64,000 bases of DNA from an uncultured Gammaproteobacteria bacterium (GCA_963848305.1 CAWKDC010000001.1:1216001-1280000), one strand, 5' to 3'; shown: positions 9,849 through 20,232, counted from the stretch's first letter. The notes: a model not told the origin generated them from the letters alone. A program made the numbers and translations.

Positions 9849-11223
9849 CAACATACCCCCTCACCCCTTCCCCCTGTTGATCCCTCAATGATGTTTCTTC
9901 AAACGCCACCATTTCAAATCCATATACTGCGGCACATTTTTTCAAATAAGCTTGCGAATGCGCAAATCGTCCATCGAGTGATAATGTGAACATGTCGCCT
10001 TCATAAGCTTCACAAGTGAATAATACATAACCATTAGGACGCAATGCATTCGACACCGCTTCGAAAAATGGTTCTAACGCGCCGACATACACTAACGTAT
10101 CACAACACAAGATTAAATCGACATGGTGATCGAACCGTTTCAGTGTATCTAACATATTTTCGTGATATAAAATATCGTAAATAGTTTTCTCGCGTGCTTT
10201 CTCAAGCATTTTTTCAGATAAATCTGTACCAATCAATTGATCTGCGATGTCTCGGAATGCAAGGCCGCAGAGTCCGGTTCCGCAGCCGAGATCGGTTACA
10301 ACGCCCCATCTTTTGCCAGACAGTTGTGGAAGGATGCTATTAAAAATGGATCTGCATTTTGCTGGCAAATCGGATTTCAGCACTTCTGTTAAATGTGCGT
10401 CATAATCATCGGCGTAATGATCGAATAAGCTTGCTACAAAATCTGTGGGTGTTGTGTCTAAACCAGTCTCACTTTTTAAAACTGCATATAAGTAAGCGAT
10501 AAATGGATGACGAGGAGATAATGCATATGCTTTCTCAATATAATGTCGGGCGAGATTAAATTGCCTCTGTTTCTTTTTGATCAAGGCCAAATTATACAAA
10601 GCCGAAAAATGCGTAACATCCCGTGCGACAGCGGATTGAAAATGCATGTCGGCTTCATCGAAATCGCCTTTTTTTAAGGCAATCAAGCCTAGATGATAAT
10701 GGGCTTCAGGCAGCATTGAATCGAGCGCAATAGAGTGTGTTAAATGATGTTGAGATTCATCGAAACATGATAAATGAAAATATAACATGCCCATATGGCA
10801 ATGCGCATGGGCATCATCATGTCGTGCATTTATTGCCGCTTGCAAATGAATTTTTGCTTTATCAAAATCATTTTGGCGTAAATAAATCCCCCCTAATAAA
10901 TGTTGGGCATCAGCATACTCCGGTACTAATGTCACAGCAGTTGTTAGCAAGAGGGTTGCGCGATCTATATCGCCCTTTTTCATGTAGCAAAGTGCAGCGT
11001 TATAATAGGCTTTTGTAAAATCGGGTTCCACTTGAAAAAAACGCTCATACAAATCAATCGCACGTGCATAATCATTTCGCTTGGCATTCAGTGTAGCCAA
11101 ATTGTACAGAGTGGCAGGATGAGTGGGAAATTGTTCTAGAATGCGTTCATACAATGTGGCCGCCAAATCAACCTGACCCTTTTTTTCAGAGGCAACGGCT
11201 TGTTTGAAGAACGCTTCGCTCAA
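9802..11223 (-). CDS. TPR-repeat protein with C-terminal class I SAM methyltransferase
   Basis: Multiple TPRs, LFDHYA..YD.HL, DLGCGTGLCG, DLS.KML, Y.G.L, RFAHS..Y. Confidence 0.9.
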   Translation of the reverse strand: MSEAFFKQAVASEKKGQVDLAATLYERILEQFPTHPATLYNLATLNAKRNDYARAIDLYERFFQVEPDFTKAYYNAALCYMKKGDIDRATLLLTTAVTLVPEYADAQHLLGGIYLRQNDFDKAKIHLQAAINARHDDAHAHCHMGMLYFHLSCFDESQHHLTHSIALDSMLPEAHYHLGLIALKKGDFDEADMHFQSAVARDVTHFSALYNLALIKKKQRQFNLARHYIEKAYALSPRHPFIAYLYAVLKSETGLDTTPTDFVASLFDHYADDYDAHLTEVLKSDLPAKCRSIFNSILPQLSGKRWGVVTDLGCGTGLCGLAFRDIADQLIGTDLSEKMLEKAREKTIYDILYHENMLDTLKRFDHHVDLILCCDTLVYVGALEPFFEAVSNALRPNGYVLFTCEAYEGDMFTLSLDGRFAHSQAYLKKCAAVYGFEMVAFEETSLRDQQGEGVRGYVVILRSAIPYQYIHHK

Positions 11224-11514
11224 CGATCATCCTCATCATCTTTGTGCAAATGACGAACAGCGCCGGGAGGTGGCGTAGGGCCACTTCTGGCAGAATTGAA
11301 TGGGCCACCTGACAGTGGGCTCGCGCTCGAGCGGTTGCTGGCTTGAGGTTTGTTCGGCAAAATAAGGTTTTTGAAGATGGCCATGACTTGTTGAAAGATT
11401 TGGCTGACCATCGCACTGCCGGTTTGACTTTGTAAGCCCTGTGGGTTTTTTGAGGTTTTATGTTCGGTCCCGTAAAAAAGAGACATTACTTTTGGGAGGT
11501 GTTTCGGAAGACAT
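11220..11514 (-). CDS. Small Ser/Pro-rich hypothetical protein with acidic C-terminus
   Basis: ORF 11220-11486 ends KDDEDDR; an upstream ATG at 11514 (MSSETPPKSN) joins it if one base of a homopolymer run is removed. Confidence 0.5.
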
Positions 11515-11596
11515 GCTGTTAGCCCTTTTTAAAAAAGAAAATATAGTACCATAGTATAGGTCGCCTAACCAGCGTTTGCCATGGTAAACTTGACCC

Positions 11597-12517
11597 ATGG
11601 AAACCATACGTATTGCAACCCGAAAAAGCGCACTGGCCCTATGGCAAGCCCATTGGATTGGCGATTTGTTGCGTGCGCGCTATCCAGCGTTAAACATTGA
11701 ATTTGTCTTATTGAATACGCAAGGGGATCTCATTCTCGATGTCTCTCTTGCCAAAATTGGCGGTAAGGGTCTGTTCTTAAAGGAATTAGAAGCGGCTTTG
11801 CTGGAGGGTCGCGCGGACATTGCTGTGCATTCTCTCAAAGATTGTCCGGTCAAAAACACGCCTGGCCTTACCCTCGGCGCCTTTTTACCCCGAGCGACAC
11901 CCTGGGATGCTTTTTTATCTGCCTCGGCGAATTCACTTCAATCACTGCCGCAAGGCGCACGGGTGGGAACATCCAGCTTGCGTCGGCAAAGCCAGGTCAA
12001 AGCGTTGCGTCCTGATGTTGACACACTGATGTTGCGCGGGAATGTGGATACACGCGTAAAAAAACTGTTATCAGGTGAATATGATGCGATCATTTTGGCC
12101 GCATGTGGGTTAGAGCGTCTAAACTTACAAGGGCATATTCGGGGCTTGTTTTCTGCTGCAGAGATGCTGCCTGCGATTGGTCAGGGCATCGTGACAGTGC
12201 AATGTCATGATGCGAGTCCTTTTTTGTCGCATGTGCAATCACTGCATGATCCCATCACGCATGCGCAGGCCATTGCAGAACGCAGCCTGGGACTAGAATT
12301 GGGTAGCAGTTGTGAGATACCCATTGGTGGCTATGCACGGGTGGAAGGCGATGAATTGATTCTGGAAGGTTTGGTGGGTAGTTTGGACGGTACATGTATC
12401 TTGCGTGCTGAGGCAAGTCGGCCTTTGAATGAAGCGGATGCCTTGGGAAAAACGGTGGCAGCAGCGCTTATTGATAAAGGTGCGTTGGATGTGATCAAGC
12501 AGGCAATGTTAGGGTGA
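11597..12517 (+). CDS. hemC: Porphobilinogen deaminase
   Basis: IATRKSALALWQA, GGKGLFLKELE, AVHSLKD, GTSSLRR, RGNVDTR. Confidence 0.98.
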   Translation: METIRIATRKSALALWQAHWIGDLLRARYPALNIEFVLLNTQGDLILDVSLAKIGGKGLFLKELEAALLEGRADIAVHSLKDCPVKNTPGLTLGAFLPRATPWDAFLSASANSLQSLPQGARVGTSSLRRQSQVKALRPDVDTLMLRGNVDTRVKKLLSGEYDAIILAACGLERLNLQGHIRGLFSAAEMLPAIGQGIVTVQCHDASPFLSHVQSLHDPITHAQAIAERSLGLELGSSCEIPIGGYARVEGDELILEGLVGSLDGTCILRAEASRPLNEADALGKTVAAALIDKGALDVIKQAMLG

Positions 12518-12520
12518 AAA

Positions 12521-13303
12521 ATGGCAGATTGGGAAGGCATCCATGTGTTGGTGACACGCCCTGCGCATCAAGCAGAAGGGTTGGTCGCCGCACTCGCTGA
12601 TCGCGGGGCCACAGTGCTCTCGTTCCCTGCCCTCACCATTCATCCCGCCCCTTTGAATCAAGCAAACAAGGAAACATTATTAACACTGGGCGGATACGAT
12701 TATTTAATCTTCATCAGCCCTAATGCTGTCATGCATGGCATGCCCTATGTGTTATCTCATTTTCACCTTGATCATTTTAAACCACATTTTGCTGCGGTCG
12801 GGGAAGGCACGGCAGATATCCTCAAGACATACGGTGTGCAAAATGTGATTTTTCCGGAAGCGGACGTGGGTTCTGAAGCATTATTAAGCATCTTGCCGTC
12901 GGATTTGCAAGATAAAAAAATATTTATTTTTAAAGGCGACAGTGGCAATAATGTTCTTGAGGCGGGGTTGACAGAACGGGGGGCGATGGTGCGCAGCTGC
13001 GTCTGTTATCAACGCGAGCACACACAAGCAGATCCTACGCCGTTTATTCAAGCGCTCAAGCACAAGCACATTCATATCGCAGTTGTGACGAGTGCTGACA
13101 GTTTACGGGCATTACACGCATGGGTGCCGCAAGATTTAATCAATACGTTTTCTCGGTTACCTTTGGTGGTCGCGAGCGATCGTATTGGTGGTGTCGCAAA
13201 AAAAATGGGTTTCGATAATATTTTAAATTCGAAGGGCGCAGATGATCGTGCGATCATTGAAACGATCAGCGCGTGGGTTGAGCAACAAGGAGCAATAAGA
13301 TGA
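12521..13303 (+). CDS. hemD: Uroporphyrinogen-III synthase
   Basis: LVTRPAHQA, IFISPNAV, AVGEGTA, SEALL, CYQR; operon position. Confidence 0.95.
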   Translation: MADWEGIHVLVTRPAHQAEGLVAALADRGATVLSFPALTIHPAPLNQANKETLLTLGGYDYLIFISPNAVMHGMPYVLSHFHLDHFKPHFAAVGEGTADILKTYGVQNVIFPEADVGSEALLSILPSDLQDKKIFIFKGDSGNNVLEAGLTERGAMVRSCVCYQREHTQADPTPFIQALKHKHIHIAVVTSADSLRALHAWVPQDLINTFSRLPLVVASDRIGGVAKKMGFDNILNSKGADDRAIIETISAWVEQQGAIR

Positions 13304-14256
13304 ATGATATGTTGAAGTGGATTGCCATCGTGATGTTGGCAGCCGGTTTGGGGTGGGTTTCATGGCAGCAGTACAAGATCCAAACTGAACATGATCGTGA
13401 AAATTTAGCGCAAGCAGTACAAACCGATGAAAAACAAATCGCTGCGTTGACAGAGACGGTGAAACGTCATGAGACACAATTTCAAACATTGGCGGATCAC
13501 AGCAATCAGCTGACAGACGCTGTGAAAATGTTGGATCGCTCCATGAGAGAGGGTAATCCTCAATGGCGTTATGCACAAGTTCAATTTTATTTAGAACGTG
13601 CAGCTCAAGAAACATATGTGATGAAAGATCCTGTGTTGGCGAAGAGCTGGCTTCAGGCTGCATTACAAAGCACAGTGAGTTTGAATCAACCGAATTTATT
13701 GCCTGTTCAAGAAGCAATTCAAAGTGATATTCAAGATTTGTCTCAAAAAGGAGGCAATGCGATGTCCCAAGCGATGGTGAGTTTGTCATTGTTGGCAGAT
13801 ACGATTCAGACATTACCCCATAAGCAAGCGATCGAAAGAATGCCAACAGATGATGAACCAAATCCTGCTGCAACCCCATCAGATGATTGGCAGACTGCCT
13901 TGAAATCAGGTTGGCATGAATTAAAATCGTTGGTGCGTATTCGCACAGTGAACAGCGAAGTAGTTCCCTATTTTTCAGCCGATGAAAAGTCCATGATTGA
14001 TCAAAACGTGTCATTGATATTGATGCAAGCAAGTTTCAATGCCATGCGGGGCAATCAAGATCTGTATGCGCACGAAGTCACACAAGCAAAAGAATGGATC
14101 ATGCGCTATTACGATGTAACATCACCGAAAGTTGAACAAACACTGAATATGTTGAATCAATTATCCACCGTCCCCGTGAATTTTGTGCCGCCTACGCGAT
14201 TAAAAAGTGTGGATGCGTGGAGTGCCTTTAGCCAACAGAATGGAAAATCATCATGA
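13300..14256 (+). CDS. hemX: HemX-like membrane-anchored coiled-coil protein
   Basis: N-terminal TM, coiled coil, W..LKSLVRIR, W…YYD; lies between hemD and hemY. Confidence 0.85.
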   Translation: MNDMLKWIAIVMLAAGLGWVSWQQYKIQTEHDRENLAQAVQTDEKQIAALTETVKRHETQFQTLADHSNQLTDAVKMLDRSMREGNPQWRYAQVQFYLERAAQETYVMKDPVLAKSWLQAALQSTVSLNQPNLLPVQEAIQSDIQDLSQKGGNAMSQAMVSLSLLADTIQTLPHKQAIERMPTDDEPNPAATPSDDWQTALKSGWHELKSLVRIRTVNSEVVPYFSADEKSMIDQNVSLILMQASFNAMRGNQDLYAHEVTQAKEWIMRYYDVTSPKVEQTLNMLNQLSTVPVNFVPPTRLKSVDAWSAFSQQNGKSS

Positions 14257-15428
14257 GATTATTGCTCTTTATCATGCTGCTCATTGTATCCGTGATAGCG
14301 GGTGTTGCTGTCGCACAAGATCCGGGGTATTTGTTGATTGTATATCGTCACACCAGTGTTGAAATGCCCTTGTGGTTGGGGATCTTGGGCGCATTTCTTG
14401 GGCTTTATACAATATATTTTTTAGTGTACGTCATTCGGCATGTACTGGCGATTCCCAGTGGTGTGCATCATTGGTTTGAACATTCGCGAATGCATCGTAT
14501 GCGTCGACGCATGGTGCGAGGATACATCGCATTATTGGAGGGTAATTGGCGTGAAGCTGAGCGTTTGTTGGTGAAGACCAGTGATCAATGGAATACGGCG
14601 GTCATCAATTATTTATGTGCCGCAACAGCTGCTGAAAAACAGGGCAAAATGAATGAGCGTGATGAATATTTGCGAAAGGCACATCAAATTGACAACCGTG
14701 CTGAATTGGCCATTGGCATCACACAAGCGCGGTTACAAATGGACAGTGGGCAGTGGGAACAAAGTTTGGCGACCTTGCAGCGCTTGCATCAGTTATCCCC
14801 TGATCATGATTTCATTTTAGAATTGTTGCAGCAAGTGTTGATCCAGCTCAAGGATTGGAACGGTATTTTGTTACTATTGCCGACGTTGAAAAAGAAAAAG
14901 ATTTTGTCTGATGCACAATATGCATTATTATGCCGCAAAGCGTACAGTGGCTTATTATTACAAGCAAACACTATTGAGGCTAAAAAAGAAGCTTGGTCGC
15001 AGATTCCAGCTGTTTTTCGCATGGATGCAGATGTATTGTCTTCCTACTTGCCCGCGTTGACTGAGATGCACGATATGTCTGTCGCTGAGTCATTGATACG
15101 TGATAGTTTAAACCATGGGTGGGATGATCGTTTGGTTCGTGAATATGGCCGCATGCATACATTAGAGATTGACAGACAGATCAAAGTCGCAGAACATTGG
15201 TTGAAAAAACATGCCGATGATCCCACGCTATTGTTAACGTTAGGACGCTTATATGCTTTGAAAGGTATTTTTGGTCAAGCAAAAGATTTATTGATGCACA
15301 GTCTCCGCATTAAAATGGATCCCGAAACTTGTTACGTGTTAGGGAACGTGTATGAACAAATGGGAGATGCATCACAAGCGAAAGAGATGTATGCAAAAGG
15401 GTTACAAGCTATCCCAAATTTTGCGTAA
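14253..15428 (+). CDS. hemY: Heme-biosynthesis-associated TPR protein HemY
   Basis: DPGYLLI…VEM.LW, EGNW..AE, TPRs, LL.LGRL; operon position. Confidence 0.92.
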   Translation: MRLLLFIMLLIVSVIAGVAVAQDPGYLLIVYRHTSVEMPLWLGILGAFLGLYTIYFLVYVIRHVLAIPSGVHHWFEHSRMHRMRRRMVRGYIALLEGNWREAERLLVKTSDQWNTAVINYLCAATAAEKQGKMNERDEYLRKAHQIDNRAELAIGITQARLQMDSGQWEQSLATLQRLHQLSPDHDFILELLQQVLIQLKDWNGILLLLPTLKKKKILSDAQYALLCRKAYSGLLLQANTIEAKKEAWSQIPAVFRMDADVLSSYLPALTEMHDMSVAESLIRDSLNHGWDDRLVREYGRMHTLEIDRQIKVAEHWLKKHADDPTLLLTLGRLYALKGIFGQAKDLLMHSLRIKMDPETCYVLGNVYEQMGDASQAKEMYAKGLQAIPNFA

Positions 15429-16412
15429 TCCCTCTTCCAATCCAGTGCTAGGATTAAACCCCAATTTGCTGCGAGCCTGCTCAATACTCGGGACGCGGGC
15501 GGGAATATCTTGATACCCAGCGCCATATACCGATTCGGCGCGATCGCTCACAATGTTGACTTGATGGGCAAGCGGCGCAAGATGCGGCAGAGAGCGGGCT
15601 ATGGTCAGCATCATGTTCGCCAATTCAGCGATGGATGCCTGATTATTCGGATTGCCAATATTAAAAATCTGATGTGTTGCGCAATGATTTTTATTGTCAA
15701 CAATTCGAAACAATGCATCAATCCCATCGTCGATATAGGTAAAACTGCGGCGTTGCTGACCGCCATCTACCAAAACAAGATTCTCTCCCCGCAAAATCTG
15801 GTTCATGAATTGGGTGACCACGCGCGTATGTGTTTTGACGTGTGCACCAATTTCATCCAACCCGCTAAACCAATTGAAGGGGCGAAATAATGTGAAGGGA
15901 AAAGGGTTGCGTTGATTCAATGCCAAAATCACCCGATCCAATAATTGTTTTGAACATGAATAAATCCAGCGTGGTGTGGTGGTGGGACCCAATACCAAAT
16001 GCGAAGAATATTCATCAAATTGCGCATCTGGCGACATGCCATACACTTCAGATGTGGAAGGGAACACCAAATGTTTTTGATAGCGTGCGCACCAACGTAT
16101 AATAGGTATATTTGCTTCAAAATCGAGTTCATACACACTGAGCGGATCAGTCACGTACACTTGTGGGTTGGCAATGGCGACAAGCGGTAAAACGGTGTCG
16201 ACGGATTGAATGGTTTCTTCAATCCAATCGTGGGATGAACGCAGATCGGCTTGCTTAAAATGAAAACGGGGATGATTTAAATGTGGGGTGATTTTATGCG
16301 TCGAGAGATCTAATCCCCATACCTCCCAATCCGTTTTATTCAAAATCGCTGATAATAAATGGGAGCCAATAAAGCCATTCACGCCCAAAATCAATACGTT
16401 TTTCGACATCAT
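15402..16412 (-). CDS. arnA: Stand-alone UDP-glucuronate oxidase/decarboxylase (ArnA C-terminal domain only)
   Basis: ILGVNGFIG, PLVAIA.P..Y, FPSTSEVYG, RWIYSCSKQLLDR, FRPFNW; no formyltransferase domain. Confidence 0.9.
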   Translation of the reverse strand: MMSKNVLILGVNGFIGSHLLSAILNKTDWEVWGLDLSTHKITPHLNHPRFHFKQADLRSSHDWIEETIQSVDTVLPLVAIANPQVYVTDPLSVYELDFEANIPIIRWCARYQKHLVFPSTSEVYGMSPDAQFDEYSSHLVLGPTTTPRWIYSCSKQLLDRVILALNQRNPFPFTLFRPFNWFSGLDEIGAHVKTHTRVVTQFMNQILRGENLVLVDGGQQRRSFTYIDDGIDALFRIVDNKNHCATHQIFNIGNPNNQASIAELANMMLTIARSLPHLAPLAHQVNIVSDRAESVYGAGYQDIPARVPSIEQARSKLGFNPSTGLEEGLRKIWDSL

Positions 16413-17347
16413 TTAAATCCCACAAAACGTTGAATCAAGAAACGCGGACGGCCACCGACTTGTTGGTAAATGCGGCCAATATATTCACCCACAATGCCCA
16501 GTCCCATCAATACAATGCCCATTAAGAAAAACAGAATCGCAAATAACGTGAATAATCCCTCTGCTTCTGGACCTATCATCAACCGTCTCACGAATAAGAA
16601 TATGACGAAAGCGCCTGACAATGCGGAGACGATGATGCCGATGAAAGTGAAGATTTGCAAGGGAACCAAAGAAAAATTAGTGATGAGATCGAAGTTGTAT
16701 CGGATCAGTTTATAGAGATTGTAACTCGAGGTGCCTTCCGTGCGTGCTTCATGTTTCACCCCGATTTCGGCAGGATTGTGCGCGAAAATCATCGCGAGCG
16801 CTGGAATAAATGTGCACTTTTCATCCGTTTCTGTCATTGCTTTGACAATGTCACGGTGATACGCACGCAACATGCAACCTTCATCTTTCATTTTCAAACT
16901 TGGTGCAATTTTTTCACGCAGAATATTGTGCCATTTTGACACCCACAAACGCCAAGCGCTGTCTTGACGATCCATGCGATAACCTCCCACCACATCGTGC
17001 CCGGCTTGTGCCAATGTTAATAGTTTCGGGATTTCTTCGGGAGGATTTTGAAGATCAGCATCAAGTGTGATCACGATCTCGCCACTGACATGTTCGAAGC
17101 CCGCCATGATCGCCATGTGTTGACCATAATTACCGTTGAAATGAATGATACGAATATGTTCGGGATAGCGATTTTGATAATCATCAAGAATTGCTGCACT
17201 GTTATCTTTGGAACCATCATTCACCAAAATAATTTCATAGGATTGACTCAAGCTGTCCATCACCGGCAATAATCGCTTAAACAGAGATGGTAATACTTCG
17301 GCTTCATTGTGGACAGGAATCACAATACTGACATTCACGTGGGACAT
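16409..17347 (-). CDS. arnC: Undecaprenyl-phosphate L-Ara4(F)N transferase, GT2
   Basis: NYGQHMAIMAGF, TLDADLQNPPEEIP, GCMLRAY, GEYIGRIY. Confidence 0.92.
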   Translation of the reverse strand: MSHVNVSIVIPVHNEAEVLPSLFKRLLPVMDSLSQSYEIILVNDGSKDNSAAILDDYQNRYPEHIRIIHFNGNYGQHMAIMAGFEHVSGEIVITLDADLQNPPEEIPKLLTLAQAGHDVVGGYRMDRQDSAWRLWVSKWHNILREKIAPSLKMKDEGCMLRAYHRDIVKAMTETDEKCTFIPALAMIFAHNPAEIGVKHEARTEGTSSYNLYKLIRYNFDLITNFSLVPLQIFTFIGIIVSALSGAFVIFLFVRRLMIGPEAEGLFTLFAILFFLMGIVLMGLGIVGEYIGRIYQQVGGRPRFLIQRFVGFK

Positions 17348-17349
17348 CT

Positions 17350-18495
17350 TTAATCCTTTTTGAGTGCTGTTTGAATGGTGTTGATGATGCGTTGGAATGT
17401 CGCTTCATCAAGATGAGGATACAAGGGCAAACTGACAACATGATCAGCTGCCCATTCTGCGTTGGGAAAATCTCCCGGTTTATAACCGAATGCTTGTTGA
17501 AAATACGTGAAGCGATGCAGCGCTTGATAATGTAAACCGGTTCCAATGCCTTGATCTTTTAATTGTTGCATGAACCCATCACGGTCTACATGTTCAGCCG
17601 TGATAAACGCAATGCACAAATGCCAGGCGTGTTTACCCTGTTGCTGATGGGTTGGCCAGGCAATACCCGGCGTGTCTTTCAGGGCTGCTTGATAACGTTT
17701 CACCCACGTCGTGCGTGCATCAATAAAGCCGTCGAGTTTCGGCAGTTGATGCAAACCAATCGCGGCTTGTAAATCCATCATGTTATATTTGAAACCGGGT
17801 TCAGTGACATCGTAATGCTGTGAACCCTTTGCTGAAAAGCGATTCCACACTTCACGATCAATCCCATGAAAACGCAGTCGTGCAATGCGTGCGGCAAATG
17901 CGGGATCGCGCGATGTGATCAGCCCGCCTTCCCCGGTGGTCATGTTTTTATTCGGATGAAAGCTGAACATTTGAATGTCACCAAAACTCCCCAGGCGTTG
18001 ATCGCCACACGTAGCGCCCAATGCATGTGCACCATCTTCAATCACGCGCAGGCCGTGATGATTCGCTATGGCGTACAATGTGTGGCAATCCATTGGTTGC
18101 CCTGCAAAATGTACGGGCATGATTGCTTTGGTGCGTGGCGTGATGGCGGCTGCTACTTTTGACAGATCCATATTCAAACTGTCATCAATATCAACAAACA
18201 CAGGTTTTGCGCCAACCAGGGCAATGGTATTCGCCGTGGCCGCAAAGGTAAAAGGTGTGGTGATCACTTCATCCCCCGGGCCAATATCACACGCTAATAG
18301 GGCAAGATGAAGCCCGGCCGTGCCGCTCGTGACAGTTTGTGCAAAAGGGGCGCCCGTGTATTCTTGAAGTGCCGTCTCAAAGGCGGCGACACGCGGGCCC
18401 GTTGTGAGCCACCCGCTGTTGAGCGTGTTCACCACTTCAGCAATAGTCGCATCGTCCAAGCATGGCTTGGCAAAGGGAATGAAGGGTTGCGTCAT
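17350..18495 (-). CDS. arnB: UDP-4-amino-4-deoxy-L-arabinose aminotransferase (DegT family)
   Basis: SGWLTTGP, EDGAHALG, FSFHPNKNMTTGEGG, GFKYNM.DL.AA, GTGLHY. Confidence 0.9.
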   Translation of the reverse strand: MTQPFIPFAKPCLDDATIAEVVNTLNSGWLTTGPRVAAFETALQEYTGAPFAQTVTSGTAGLHLALLACDIGPGDEVITTPFTFAATANTIALVGAKPVFVDIDDSLNMDLSKVAAAITPRTKAIMPVHFAGQPMDCHTLYAIANHHGLRVIEDGAHALGATCGDQRLGSFGDIQMFSFHPNKNMTTGEGGLITSRDPAFAARIARLRFHGIDREVWNRFSAKGSQHYDVTEPGFKYNMMDLQAAIGLHQLPKLDGFIDARTTWVKRYQAALKDTPGIAWPTHQQQGKHAWHLCIAFITAEHVDRDGFMQQLKDQGIGTGLHYQALHRFTYFQQAFGYKPGDFPNAEWAADHVVSLPLYPHLDEATFQRIINTIQTALKKD

Positions 18496-18503
18496 GACAG
18501 TCC

Positions 18504-18866
18504 TTATGCGGTGCGTGAAATCATATAAACACCCACGATGATGACGGCAATGCCTGCCATGCGCATCAGTGAAAGAGGTTCATCAAAGAGGAAATAAGCT
18601 GCAATCGCCGTGACCACATACCCAAGGCTGAGCATGGGATAGGCAAAACTGACCTCCACACGTGACAAGGCCATGATCCAAAGCCCTAGGCTGACGGTAT
18701 AGCAAATGATGCCCGTCAAAATCATGGGGTTGAACACAATGTCCCATAGCAGGCTAAGGACGTTATCGAGGTGAATGACGCCGACTTTCTCAGTGCCGCC
18801 CTTCAGGAATAGTTGTCCGACAGCATTGAGAAGGATGCTGATGATGATGAGGGAGTATGTGTGCAT
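18504..18866 (-). CDS. SMR/EamA-type L-Ara4N-undecaprenol flippase subunit (ArnE/ArnF-like)
   Basis: 4 TM, QLFLK.G, W..ALSRVEVSFAYPMLSLGY, F.E. Confidence 0.85.
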   Translation of the reverse strand: MHTYSLIIISILLNAVGQLFLKGGTEKVGVIHLDNVLSLLWDIVFNPMILTGIICYTVSLGLWIMALSRVEVSFAYPMLSLGYVVTAIAAYFLFDEPLSLMRMAGIAVIIVGVYMISRTA

Positions 18867-18878
18867 GGGTTTCGTCCT

Positions 18879-18928
18879 TAATGTATACCATAGTAGGCAT
18901 TATACCGTCTAATGTATACTATCGTAAA
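18879..18928 (-). promoter_or_regulatory. arn operon promoter flanked by two 17-bp direct repeats
   Basis: Minus-strand TATAAT at 18899-18904; TAATGTATACCATAGTA (18879-95) and TAATGTATACTATCGTA (18910-26). Confidence 0.55.
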
Positions 18929-18930
18929 CA

Positions 18931-19451
18931 CTATTTGAGCTCGATCATCCATTTCCAAATGGGTTGAATGATGACATGAAATTTTTTATTCTCAACGATA
19001 AGGGTATCTGTCCCCTCGTTATCTTCGACAAGGATTAATCCAGAATCCAAGTTGTGTGCTTGCATGGCTTCTAGCAAGCCGGCATATTCACGTGTTTGGG
19101 TTTTTTTATCTTGCAGACTTTGGCACACCTGTATCGCTTGAACAATTTTCAGCCCTTGGCGAATCAGGAAATCACATTCGTTGTTGCCTTGATGGTAATA
19201 TATTTCACCGATATTCCTGCGTTTGAGTTCAAGGAAAACAGCATTTTCCAAAAATCTACCTCTTTCAGTAATTCGCGGATTTGTTTCATGAGTGTTGATT
19301 TACCGCAGCGTCTAAGCCCTGTGACGCTGATAATTTGTGGGTTGTAAAGCCATGGCTGGATCCTTGGCAGTGCCTCTCGAATGACCAGGCTTTCTATACG
19401 CCTACTGCGTTGGTCAAGGATAATTTGTTTGATAATTTCTCTAGAAATCAT
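18931..19451 (-). pseudogene. AAA_14/DUF4143 ATPase remnant with large internal deletion
   Basis: Walker A GLRRCGKST joined out of frame directly to the C-terminal LENAVFLEL…ECDF…AIQV…RE..GL; central region missing. Confidence 0.85.
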
Positions 19452-19532
19452 AATGATAGGTATTCCTCAATTGAGGATTGTGGTTTATATCATAAAACCT
19501 CAATTATCAATTGATATGTGAAGCAGCCTCCT

Positions 19533-20216
19533 TTACGTCAGCCTTTGGCGGATCTCAGCCAGTGTGGCCTCATAACCAGAGGGACTGCCAAAAATGGCGG
19601 TACCCATCACCAATGTGTCTGCACCCGCATCACAAATTTGGCGGATATTGTCTAAATTCACGCCACCATCCACTTCCAGTCGGATCGGCTTCCCGCTGGC
19701 GTCGATCATTTTTCGCACGCGCTTGATTTTATGCAATACTTGCGGAATAAATGCTTGCCCGCCAAAACCGGGGTTGACTGACATCAATAATACCATATCG
19801 AGATCATCTAAAATATCCGTGAGCACTTCAACCGGTGTGGCAGGATTAAGCGCAACGCCCGCTTGGCAGCCGAGGGAATGGATGAGTTGAATTGTGCGAT
19901 GCACATGAAAAGTGGCCTCTGGATGAAAGGTGATGATGGTTGCGCCCGCTTCAACAAAGGGTGCAATCAGCGAATCAACCGGCGTGACCATTAAATGCAC
20001 ATCAATCGGTGCGGTGATGCCTTCATTGCGCAACGCTTTGCACACCATCGGGCCGACAGTTAAATTAGGGACATAATGGTTGTCCATCACATCAAAGTGA
20101 ACCCAATCTGCACCCGCTTGCATGACAGCATTGACTTCTTCCGCCAGTCTGCCAAATCGTGCAGATAAAATGGAAGGAGCAATCACGGTGGGTTGTTTGT
20201 GTTTCGAAAATAACAT
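19533..20216 (-). CDS. rpe: Ribulose-phosphate 3-epimerase
   Basis: [43 protein letters not shown]. Confidence 0.98.
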   Translation of the reverse strand: MLFSKHKQPTVIAPSILSARFGRLAEEVNAVMQAGADWVHFDVMDNHYVPNLTVGPMVCKALRNEGITAPIDVHLMVTPVDSLIAPFVEAGATIITFHPEATFHVHRTIQLIHSLGCQAGVALNPATPVEVLTDILDDLDMVLLMSVNPGFGGQAFIPQVLHKIKRVRKMIDASGKPIRLEVDGGVNLDNIRQICDAGADTLVMGTAIFGSPSGYEATLAEIRQRLT

Positions 20217-20232
20217 GGTGGTTTCCTCGTGG

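Noticed and set aside
13223-14032. Long antisense ORFs (269 aa opposite hemX, 210 aa opposite queH, and many shorter ones)
   Set aside because: They overlap well-supported genes on the other strand or frame and show no motifs
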